Positions 1 to 7,813 of a stretch of DNA of 34,465 nt are shown in pieces. Below the pieces are notes generated by a model. That model saw only the letters and a program-made list of their open reading frames with translations. It was not told where the DNA came from and did no database searches. The position numbers were made by a program, and so were the translations under genes. How positions within the stretch are numbered: position 1 is the first letter of the stretch; the number at the start of each line of letters is the position of its first letter. Source of the stretch: Chitinophagales bacterium. GTDB taxonomy: Bacteria; Bacteroidota; Bacteroidia; Chitinophagales; UBA2359. The stretch lies in the NCBI GenBank assembly GCA_020629005.1, contig JAHDEE010000024.1, forward strand, positions 11,817-46,281, read 5' to 3'.

Positions 1-1497
1 ATCAATCAAGTCTGGATCAATGCAATCACTGGGATTTCGAAGGTCGATGGTAATTGTAGACACTGTACAACCAAGATCTTCATGACAAATACGATAGTTC
101 AAATCATATGTAGTACCCGCCAACAATCCGGCCTCGATAGAGACCATATTGTCATTGTCAATCGATGCAGTTACAAAAGTATTCGGCAACAACTCTACTG
201 TCACTTGTTCAGAGAGAATTTGCCGACTGAAAGTATACATAAAGCCATCAGCCCACTGCTCTATCAGATAAAGGTTTTCGTCATCGTATTCAAGAAGATA
301 TTCCCCCGCTCCTTCATCGGGGCTAATGCTAAATATGTCATCTTCAACTGAGTATTCTCCTGAAAAGTCATCTATATCCTCTCCATCCAATTGCGAAAAG
401 TTCGATACCTGACCATCAGCACTTAGTGACATATACGTCTTTCCCGGAGCAGGTATTTCAATTCCCGCAAAGCCTCCTGCAATGGTCTCCAGCTTCCACA
501 AACCGATCAATCCTTCATCGTTTCCCGGCAGTAGATCATTGGCTAAGATATCAACCGACCCGGATTCGTCAGCTGCAAGTATGATCATATCAGGCTCGGC
601 CTGAAGAATCCGACTGTGGATGCCTATATATCCCTGTCCATCCTGACAGAAATAATCACTGCCAGAGGGACATGCCCAGTAGACAAAAAAATCTGCACCA
701 ATCTCCTGCAAACTATTCGCAACAAAGCTGTAAGTACCGTCTGCGTTTAGCGTTACATCTCCCTTGGTCGCCGGCACTTCCAAAGACAGGTCTGTGATTT
801 CGGAGAGATCAATACCTTCTTGCGGAGGGAAATTCCAATCCACATAGTATTTATCATTATCCAGCACACTTCCAGTTGAAGTTGCACCAATTGGGGTATC
901 TACAGCATCGTGCTGTGGAACGATAATCGGACCATAACCTGGCTGAATCCAGGCCAACTCATCCACTGTGAAACCAAAATCTTCGGCCCAGGTTTCCAGC
1001 TCCGGATAAGGCATTTCTCGGATGTAGGCATTATTCATCTCATCGCTGATTCGCTGAGCCAATTCTTCATAGCCTGTTTGCTGAATCAAATAACCAACTG
1101 CACAAGCAGTATTTTGACTATCGATAAAGTAAGGAATTCGATAAGAATGTCCATCATTTTTAGGAAAAACGCCTGCTTTCCGATAGAGGTGGAGATGATC
1201 AAGAGCAACTGCACGATTTGCCTTTTGCTGTTCGGTGAGGGAGGGGATACTAGCTTCTCGAAGGCTTTTTTCAACCAAAAGCAGATGCTTTTGAATTAAG
1301 TCACGTTCCGTTTTGAACGCAATGCCTTCCTCCATCAAAGCTACATCAGGTAGTTGCTTTCCAGACCATTCCGCATTTAAGCAGATCAAGTGATCTTGCA
1401 ATGTAGCTCCCTTGATGTCGGATAGCTGGGCTTTTAAAGGTAAGTGAAGGCTCACAAAGGCCAACATCATTAGTATGACTGCTAGGCTTGATCTCAT
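1..1497 (-). CDS. Hypothetical secreted protein (partial; C-terminus lies beyond the window start)
   Basis: Reverse-strand reading frame is open from the ATG at 1497-1495 to position 1 (manually translated, no stops, ends ...SDCIDPDLID at nt 1). N-terminus MRSSLAVILMMLAFVSLHLPLKAQ is a typical signal peptide. No recognisable catalytic motifs. Absent from the ORF track only because it has no in-window stop. Confidence 0.6.
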   Translation of the reverse strand, partial: MRSSLAVILMMLAFVSLHLPLKAQLSDIKGATLQDHLICLNAEWSGKQLPDVALMEEGIAFKTERDLIQKHLLLVEKSLREASIPSLTEQQKANRAVALDHLHLYRKAGVFPKNDGHSYRIPYFIDSQNTACAVGYLIQQTGYEELAQRISDEMNNAYIREMPYPELETWAEDFGFTVDELAWIQPGYGPIIVPQHDAVDTPIGATSTGSVLDNDKYYVDWNFPPQEGIDLSEITDLSLEVPATKGDVTLNADGTYSFVANSLQEIGADFFVYWACPSGSDYFCQDGQGYIGIHSRILQAEPDMIILAADESGSVDILANDLLPGNDEGLIGLWKLETIAGGFAGIEIPAPGKTYMSLSADGQVSNFSQLDGEDIDDFSGEYSVEDDIFSISPDEGAGEYLLEYDDENLYLIEQWADGFMYTFSRQILSEQVTVELLPNTFVTASIDNDNMVSIEAGLLAGTTYDLNYRICHEDLGCTVSTITIDLRNPSDCIDPDLID

Positions 1498-1737
1498 AGT
1501 TCGAAGATTTTTCAGATTAAATACTCTGGGCAGTAGTATCCTCTGTTTTCCCTCTTGAAAAATAAGTTCATTTCAAGCGCTATACAAAGGAACGAAGAAA
1601 ATTAGTGAACAGATGCCGAAAGGCATGCATTTAGTTAAATGAGCGGTGCATCCGATCTTTTACCCAATTTAACTACTTTTGATTCGAGGCAAGAAATTCG
1701 GATTGCCCAAAACTTTAACGACAAGCAAGCTTAGTAT

Positions 1738-2388
1738 ATGAAATCGAGCCATCAGTTAGCAATCATGTTCCTCCTTTTTGTCTTCCTCTCTTCTGCATGC
1801 AGACAAAAAAGCCCTGAAAAACTGCCAAAATTCAAAGATAAGTTCCGGGCCTCTATTGCCAATTTTGAATCCCAAAAGAAAAAGACCGATAGCAGGGTAG
1901 AAGATGGTGTGAAACGCCTATCTACTATTCAGGATGCCCTGGCAAATGCCAAAAACGTGGATAAGGAGTTTGAACGCGTCTATGGACAATGGGGAAAGGT
2001 AGACCGACAGGTAAATCGACTCAACAAAGATTATGAGAATCTGAAGGAAGATGCGAATAACCTGTTTAATGCGATGCAAAAACAGACCGAAAGTCTAAAC
2101 GACCAGAAGACCAAAAGTGAGCTGATGAGTGCGCTCAACAAAACCCGTAGCTCCTATGATGAGACTTTAGCCAAAACCAGCTCAGCAATCGAAAAGCTTC
2201 GGGCATTACATGATGAAGCAAAAGATGTGATCAAAGCCCTGGAAGTAGCAGTGGGACTTGGTCAAATTGCCGAAATCAGCTCTGGTCTCAAAAGCATCGA
2301 GGATAGAGTGGGCACCATTATGGCGGAACTCAATAATACTATCTCAGAAAGCAAAGACCTATACGATAAGAAAATCAATGCATTCTAA
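1738..2388 (+). CDS. Coiled-coil lipoprotein, hypothetical (paralog of 2799-3470)
   Basis: ATG start. Signal peptide plus lipobox (FLSSAC). K/E/Q-rich predicted coiled coil. C-terminal block ...LRALHDEAKDVIKALEVAVGLGQIAEISSGL... aligns with the C-terminus of the next ORF. Confidence 0.6.
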   Translation: MKSSHQLAIMFLLFVFLSSACRQKSPEKLPKFKDKFRASIANFESQKKKTDSRVEDGVKRLSTIQDALANAKNVDKEFERVYGQWGKVDRQVNRLNKDYENLKEDANNLFNAMQKQTESLNDQKTKSELMSALNKTRSSYDETLAKTSSAIEKLRALHDEAKDVIKALEVAVGLGQIAEISSGLKSIEDRVGTIMAELNNTISESKDLYDKKINAF

Positions 2389-2429
2389 TAATAAGGACTC
2401 TGTCTCTACTGCATTTTGACATAAAAAAA

Positions 2430-2452
2430 GCACCTGCCGACTCGACAGGTGC
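2430..2452. terminator. Perfect GC-rich hairpin (GCACCTG-ccgactcga-CAGGTGC), putative terminator
   Basis: 7-bp perfect stem 43 nt after the stop of the 1738-2388 CDS. The A7 run upstream gives a T7 run after the hairpin on the minus strand, but only TT follows on the plus strand, so orientation is ambiguous or bidirectional. Confidence 0.4.
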
Positions 2453-2798
2453 TTAAAAAGAGATAACCAATCTCTACCGCACTAATAAATCCTTTTAATT
2501 TTTGCCTCACAACTCATCGCCCCTGTAACCAGCAGAATGCGACTTAAAAAGCCGATCGGCATAAAATCATTTTTCTGACGCCACAGCAGTTCCCAGGTCA
2601 CATAAACCCTACAAAAAATCTACCGTTGGGAAACAGTAGCCCTACAATAATTACGTAAAACATACATAATCAAGGGCTTAAAGCGCCTCGATTCGTCACT
2701 TTTTTTTCAAAAAAATACTGTTATCCTTATAAATGGCATGATATTCGTTAGTATTTTGGCGTCTAAAGGTGGCCAAATTGGTCTAATCAACTAGTATT

Positions 2799-3470
2799 AT
2801 GGGGGTAATTCCTTCAAAAGTCATTACGGCTATATTGCTTTCTTTCTTTGTTTTGCTTTGCTGGTTTTTCATGTGCAGAGGCGAACAAGAGCCCAAAGAC
2901 ATCCTCGACCACCGGGTAGATAACATAGAACAAGTATCCACTGTCAACACCGCCAGGGAAAACACCGAAATCCTGGTCAAGAAAAGCTACAATAGCACGG
3001 AAGATTTGGCGGAAAAGCTGATCAAGCGAACCGCAAGTGATCCAGATTTTAGAAATACGCTCAACTTGTGGAGCCAATCCGAATCCCAAATTCGCAACCT
3101 CGAGCGCGAGTTTCATCGTCTTATACACAAGAACGACAATCTGTTTAATCAGCTGGCCAGCAGAATACAGTTGACCAAAGATCCTGAAACTCGACAGCGA
3201 CTGGAAGCTGCTCTGTATCGGGTTTCTGATGAGCATGAACTGCATTTTAGGGATACTCAATTCGCCATTGACAATCTCTGGGAGCTGCATGATGAAGCTG
3301 TCAATTCCGTGCATGCCATGCAAGTGGCCTACACCCTTGGCGAATTCAGCAACGTCAATGCCTCCCTGGCCGATCTTAAAAAGAAAATCATCGTCGTGAT
3401 GAGCAACCTAAACGATGTAATCAAGAGCTCAAGATCACTTTTCGAACAGGATATGGCGCAGTTCGAATAA
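2799..3470 (+). CDS. Coiled-coil membrane-anchored/secreted protein, hypothetical (paralog of 1738-2388)
   Basis: ATG start. N-terminal hydrophobic anchor (ITAILLSFFVLLCWFFMC). C-terminal ...WELHDEAVNSVHAMQVAYTLGEFSNVNASL... shares the LHDEA-x-V-x-A-x-x-V-x-x-x-G motif block with the upstream ORF. Confidence 0.6.
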   Translation: MGVIPSKVITAILLSFFVLLCWFFMCRGEQEPKDILDHRVDNIEQVSTVNTARENTEILVKKSYNSTEDLAEKLIKRTASDPDFRNTLNLWSQSESQIRNLEREFHRLIHKNDNLFNQLASRIQLTKDPETRQRLEAALYRVSDEHELHFRDTQFAIDNLWELHDEAVNSVHAMQVAYTLGEFSNVNASLADLKKKIIVVMSNLNDVIKSSRSLFEQDMAQFE

Positions 3471-3522
3471 AGCTTGCATCTTTGCACGACTCACGGCCAT
3501 TGCTTCGATCTCAAACTGTCGA

Positions 3523-4857
3523 ATGATTGGATTATACGACCTTATCGTAACCGCTATCTTATTAGTCGGCATCTTGCTCATCGCATTCTTCATTAAAGAG
3601 ATACGGTACGCAGGAGAGACATGCAAGGTCTATTTCATGCCCGGACTTTTACTCAAAATTCTCGGCTCCATCTTCTTTTGTTTCGTTTACACCGTTTACT
3701 ACACCGGTGGAGATACCATCATGTATTGGCAAGACAGCGTTTTGCTACGCACCGAATTACTCAGAGATTTCAAACAAGGATGGGAAGTACTGACCACGGC
3801 TGCCTTAGATCGTAACTTGTCCACCCAGGGAGTCACCGATTACCTCAACAGTTTTGGTGGCGAAACAACCTTCTATGTTAGTCGGATCACAGCAGTCCTT
3901 AGCTTGTTTACCGGAGGCAGCTTTCTAGCAACCACCGTCTTGTTTGGCGCACTGTCCTATACGGGTGTATGGGCGCTTTATCGGGTTTTCATCAAGCAGT
4001 ATCCCAGTCTTGTTCACCCCCTGGCACTTGCTGTAGTCTTCGTACCATCTGTCATCTTTTGGGGATCAGGCATCCTCAAAGACACCATTACTATGGGTTG
4101 TCTTGGCTGGCTTACCTACGGAATCTATCACGTCTTCATTGCACGCAAGCAACTCTTGCTTTCAATTATTGTCATTCCGATTAGCTTTCACCTTACAGCG
4201 GTTATCAAAGGTTTTATTTTGGCAGCCTATCTGCCCGGTGCATTCGCCTGGCTACTCTTCCATTACACCAGCAAAGTGCGGGAAGCAAAACTCATCGCAT
4301 TTAGTCTCATTATGCTTTTCAGCTTCACGGCAATCTTTCTCTATTACTTCAGCCACCTACTCACCGATGCAAGCGACATGGCCCTAAGCTTCCTCATCGG
4401 CCGCGCAAGCGAATTCCAAGGTTGGCATGCAGCAGTAGGAGCGGAGTACGGCGGGTCCTCCTACTCCCTGGGTGATTGGGAACCCACCTATATGGGCATC
4501 CTAAAAAAAGTCCCGGCAAGTATCAATGTCACCTTCTTCCGTCCATATCTCTTCGAAGTCAGTAGCTCGGTACAATTGGTCTCTGCCATCGAAAGCTTTG
4601 GTGTACTACTATTGGCAGTTTTTGCGCTGCTGAGTGCCGGCATCTTTCGAAGCATAAAAATGATTTTTGGTTCGCCCTTCCTCTTCTTTTGCTTCTTCTT
4701 CAGCATGTCCTATGCCTTTGCCACTGGCTTCGCAAGCTATAATTTTGGAGCATTAGTCCGCTACAAAATTCCCTGCATGCCCTTCTTCCTGGCCTTGCTC
4801 ATCATACTGCTCTTCCACCGCCGAATCCAAAAAACACAGACACAGGTCAATAATTGA
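3523..4857 (+). CDS. Polytopic integral membrane protein, possibly EpsG/Wzy-like glycan polymerase family
   Basis: 444 aa with at least 10 predicted TM helices. N-proximal motif Y-T-G-G-D-T-I-M-Y-W resembles the aromatic-x-x-G-x-D-x-x-x-Y motif of the EpsG/Wzy-like family. Functional assignment is inference only. Confidence 0.45.
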   Translation: MIGLYDLIVTAILLVGILLIAFFIKEIRYAGETCKVYFMPGLLLKILGSIFFCFVYTVYYTGGDTIMYWQDSVLLRTELLRDFKQGWEVLTTAALDRNLSTQGVTDYLNSFGGETTFYVSRITAVLSLFTGGSFLATTVLFGALSYTGVWALYRVFIKQYPSLVHPLALAVVFVPSVIFWGSGILKDTITMGCLGWLTYGIYHVFIARKQLLLSIIVIPISFHLTAVIKGFILAAYLPGAFAWLLFHYTSKVREAKLIAFSLIMLFSFTAIFLYYFSHLLTDASDMALSFLIGRASEFQGWHAAVGAEYGGSSYSLGDWEPTYMGILKKVPASINVTFFRPYLFEVSSSVQLVSAIESFGVLLLAVFALLSAGIFRSIKMIFGSPFLFFCFFFSMSYAFATGFASYNFGALVRYKIPCMPFFLALLIILLFHRRIQKTQTQVNN

Positions 4858-4869
4858 GGCGCTCTCTTT

Positions 4870-5335
4870 TTTTGGAGCGAAACGAATCGACTCGTCGATA
4901 CGGGCTCCCCGTGCTCCACTATTATTCGGCAGCCATCTGCCTGTTCATGGTCTGGCCCTGTGGTCTCTCCGCAAGCTCCGAGCCCCCATGGCCAGCCATT
5001 CACCACGGCAGCTGGCCACCTCATACCGTTTCGCCCGCGGCTATTTTGATACTGCAATACTCGTTGGGGGATTGGAGACTTGGGATGTGAGATGTGAGAT
5101 TACGAAACTGGAGCGCCGGCCGCCCGGCGTGACGTCCCCGTCGCGCCGACAGCTTGGCTGGTCGTCAGTTTCCATTTTGGGGATCGGGGATCACGGATTT
5201 CAGGAGGGCACTGTGTCCATCATCGCTTGGCGTGGATTTCATCCGCACCGTAATCTAAAAGTCTAGCGTGTTTCTGTGGGATGTGAGATTACAAAACTGG
5301 AACGCCGGGCAGACCTGAATCCCAAAAACCAAAAA
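4870..5335. repeat. GC-rich non-coding island with two 35-bp direct repeats (5082-5119 and 5278-5312: GGGATGTGAGATTAC[G/A]AAACTGGA[G/A]CGCCGG) and an internal GC hairpin (CGGCGTGACG...CGTCGCGCCG)
   Basis: Direct sequence inspection. GC content is far above the roughly 45% genome background. No convincing ORF. Lies between the membrane-protein stop and the ArsR gene. Confidence 0.5.
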
Positions 5336-5355
5336 ACATTTTGATAATTACCGAA

Positions 5356-5676
5356 ATGTCGGTATATTGTAGCATGGATATTGTGGAAATCAGTAAAATT
5401 TTGTCTAATGAGCTACGCGTCAATATTTTACATTGGCTCAAGGACCCTGAGGCAAATTTTCCGCCGCACACCGACCTCAAGCATTTCAATGATGGCGTGT
5501 GTGTACAGTATATAGGCACCAAGGCGGGGATCGCTCAGTCAACTGTATCTCAATACCTTTCCTGGATGCAAAAGGCTGGTCTGGTGATCGCGACCAGACA
5601 CGGAAAATGGACCTATTACAGACGAAACGAAGAAGCCATTGCGAAATACATCAAGCACCTGAGCAACAATCTTTAA
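5356..5676 (+). CDS. ArsR/SmtB-family winged-helix transcriptional regulator
   Basis: ISKILSNELRVNILHWL matches the ArsR N-terminal helix (LADPTRLRIL-like). GIAQSTVSQYLSWMQKAGLV is a typical ArsR recognition helix. The track ORF begins at TTG 5341, so ATG 5356 or 5374 is the more likely start. No alpha3 CxC metal site. Confidence 0.6.
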   Translation: MSVYCSMDIVEISKILSNELRVNILHWLKDPEANFPPHTDLKHFNDGVCVQYIGTKAGIAQSTVSQYLSWMQKAGLVIATRHGKWTYYRRNEEAIAKYIKHLSNNL

Positions 5677-5759
5677 CCCTTTTTTTAAACAATCATTTCG
5701 ACAATTGCAGAATTGTTTCATTGTAGAAATGATGGATAAATCTAAAATTGACTCCCCGA

Positions 5760-5990
5760 ATGTCAGACACGATTGGATTTATTGGACTGCTGTTTAATCT
5801 ATACTCGATGTATAGCAGAGGAGAATACAGGATGCGTTTTTTCTCCTTGATCGCCAATGTGATCTACATAGGATATGGATTTCTAATGGCAGCAGCACCA
5901 ATCATAATCGGCAGCAGCATTGCCGTTCTGTTTCACCTATTCCGTTTACATACACTACAAAAACCAAAAGATGAAGCAACTAAGAATTGA
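5760..5990 (+). CDS. Small two-TM membrane protein, hypothetical
   Basis: ATG at 5760 inside the TTG-started track ORF. Two hydrophobic helices (IGFIGLLFNLYSMY; AAAPIIIGSSIAVLFHLF). Overlaps the start of the GNAT gene. Weak support. Confidence 0.3.
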   Translation: MSDTIGFIGLLFNLYSMYSRGEYRMRFFSLIANVIYIGYGFLMAAAPIIIGSSIAVLFHLFRLHTLQKPKDEATKN

Positions 5991-6411
5991 GCTAATTGAC
6001 CCTTTTGAGAGAATCGAGCGAGTAGAGGAATTGCTCAAACAATTGAATCCGGATAAGCGTGGTTCGGATATGCGTGCCTTACTGGAGCAGATGGTCGCTT
6101 TTCCCAATTACCAGTGTTTTGGTCTCTTTGATGATCAAGATCTGCTGATCGGAATCTCCAGCGCCTGGACGACCGTAAGAATCTACTCTAACAAACAATT
6201 GGAATTGGATAATGTGATCATCGACAAAAAGAAGCAATCGATGGGTTACGGAAAGGTCTTCTTCGACCTTATGGAAGATTGGGCGAAAAAGCATGACTAT
6301 AAATCTGTTGAGTTAAATACTTATGTGCAGAATTCAAGATCGCACAAATTTTATTTCAACACTGGCTACCGGATAGGTGGTTACCATTTCCAGAAAGACC
6401 TGGCTATCTAA
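5971..6411 (+). CDS. GNAT-family N-acetyltransferase
   Basis: ATG at 5971 (MKQLRIELID...). Acetyl-CoA binding-type motif ...IIDKKKQSMGYGKVFFDLMEDWAKKHDYKSVELNTY...HKFYFNTGYRIGGY (Q/R-x-x-G-x-G/A followed by the beta-strand/helix pattern typical of GNAT). Confidence 0.6.
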   Translation: MKQLRIELIDPFERIERVEELLKQLNPDKRGSDMRALLEQMVAFPNYQCFGLFDDQDLLIGISSAWTTVRIYSNKQLELDNVIIDKKKQSMGYGKVFFDLMEDWAKKHDYKSVELNTYVQNSRSHKFYFNTGYRIGGYHFQKDLAI

Positions 6412-6549
6412 ATGCTGTCATGCAACTGTGGCAGAGCAAAGTGTAGAGAGCAGAGAGTACAGGGTAGAGAGTAGGATTCGCATTCGAGAACTTGCCAAGC
6501 TCGGGAATTGATGTTTGATTTCTCACCTTTTGGGCGCGGGGGAGTGGCA

Positions 6550-6700
6550 GTGCAAAATAGCCCAGATAGCAATGGAAATGGAGGTGCTGGGAGCGCCTGG
6601 CTGCGCCGCCAGCCGTGGCTCGACGATAGGAGAGACATGGATGGCGGATGCAGACAGCAGCGAGCAGTGACTCCATTGGAATGGATAGCTGGCAAGCCAT
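6550..6700. repeat. GC-rich interspersed repeat, copy A (termini GTGCAAAATAGCCCAGATAGCAATGGAAATG ... CCATTGGAATGGATAGC)
   Basis: Nucleotide similarity to 15871-16012 at both termini and in the internal GGTGCTG(G/A)G(A/T)CGCC block. Strongly GC-rich against the background. Only overlapping spurious ORFs on both strands. Confidence 0.55.
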
Positions 6701-6874
6701 CTGCGCGGCCGGGTTCGGGTCGCTCCAAATCTTTGATGAAGTTATCCTATTGCTACGTAAGCGAAGTACGCAGCACTAGCCATTTTGAGAAGGTAAAAAA
6801 AGGGGCGGAAACGAAGACCATAACATCTTCACTTCCGCCTCCATACATCAGCGTATTTGTGGTTTATTTGCCGC

Positions 6875-7531
6875 TTAGAAGGATATTCCGATTTGGAAAC
6901 CCAGTTCAACTGGAATGTTTCTGGTTGTATTAAACAAGGCCTTTTCGCCGGTGCCAAGGTGATCGTAAGAAATGGCTTTGTAGCGCTTCCAACCTCCGTA
7001 TAGATCTATGACAAAGTTTTCATTTTTGCCAAGCATCCACTGGTAGCCGGCTGCCAATCCTCCACCTGCGGCGGTGAAGTTTCTGGTCTCGCCTTCGCCA
7101 GCAATTAGCTCATCTACAAACTGGTCTATGTCTTCGGGGGCAATTTCATCAGCATACTGTTCGACCAGATCTCCTCGGACTATATCGAGCTGCTTGTTGT
7201 GTCGGCCTACTGAGCCTTTGAGCTGGAGGTAGAATCCAGTAGGAGAGAGGTCGTTGCCTCCAGGGAAAAAGCGCACGAATGGATCAGCTTTGAGACCGTC
7301 GTTGAGGCCTGTGAAATAACTTAGGTGCGTTCCGACAGAAGCGTTGTCTGACAGTCCGTGTTCCAATTTTAGGTTGGGTTGGCCGACAATTAGAGACAGT
7401 GGACGAGTGGAAAGAATGGTTTGGTTTCCGTCGGCACGTGGTGCCTTTTTGTAGTTTCTTTGAGCGAAGATATCACTGGAAATCAGCATGGTCATTAGGG
7501 CTACGACAGCACACAAAAATGTATTTTTCAT
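6875..7531 (-). CDS. Outer-membrane beta-barrel protein (small porin-like), hypothetical
   Basis: ATG at 7531-7529 (MKNTFLCAVVALMTMLISSDIFAQ signal peptide). Alternating amphipathic beta-strand pattern. C-terminal ...GFQIGISF ends in Phe as in OMP beta-barrel signatures. Confidence 0.55.
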   Translation of the reverse strand: MKNTFLCAVVALMTMLISSDIFAQRNYKKAPRADGNQTILSTRPLSLIVGQPNLKLEHGLSDNASVGTHLSYFTGLNDGLKADPFVRFFPGGNDLSPTGFYLQLKGSVGRHNKQLDIVRGDLVEQYADEIAPEDIDQFVDELIAGEGETRNFTAAGGGLAAGYQWMLGKNENFVIDLYGGWKRYKAISYDHLGTGEKALFNTTRNIPVELGFQIGISF

Positions 7532-7813
7532 CGTTTTCAATTTTAGTTTCTTGTTGGTAAATCTGAGTGATAAATCGCGATATGGTATCTTAAACTGGAT
7601 TGGCGAGCTAAGGTTTAAGAGAGCCTGGAAATCGATGCTTTAACGCATCTTGTCTTGCGCAAGGAAAAAGTGTAATTTCACTCTAAGACCATGCGAATAA
7701 AGTATGGCAAAATTCACATCACATTATAATTATTTGATTTAAAAATAAATCACACTCGAAATTTTCATATACTAAACTGAGTTTTCTCTTTACTTCGGCC
7801 ATAAGTTCTAGAC

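Noticed and set aside
910-1299. 129-aa + ORF and 62-aa - ORF
   Set aside because: Both overlap the long minus-strand ORF that runs open from 1497 to the window edge and carries a signal peptide. These are off-frame.
3621-4387. Three small + ORFs (64-94 aa) in alternative frames
   Set aside because: They are nested within the 444-aa polytopic membrane protein CDS. They have His/Arg/Ser-rich off-frame composition and no support.
4988-5266. 92-aa + ORF in the GC-rich island
   Set aside because: It has no recognisable domain, spans the direct repeats and hairpin, and its GC-rich composition explains the open frame.
5082-5312. Possible CRISPR array (two 35-bp direct repeats)
   Set aside because: There are only two repeats with a 158-bp spacer, no regular array, and no cas genes nearby.
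6705-6725. tRNA-like GGGTTCGGGTC (T-loop-like) motif
   Set aside because: No acceptor stem, D-arm or anticodon stem can be built around it, and it lies inside the GC-rich repeat.
6404-6933. Overlapping ORFs on both strands (98, 106 and 141 aa) in the GC-rich region
   Set aside because: They lie inside the GC-rich interspersed repeat. The high GC suppresses stops, and the peptide QNSPDxNGN shared with ORF 15871-16098 comes from the nucleotide repeat, not from protein homology.
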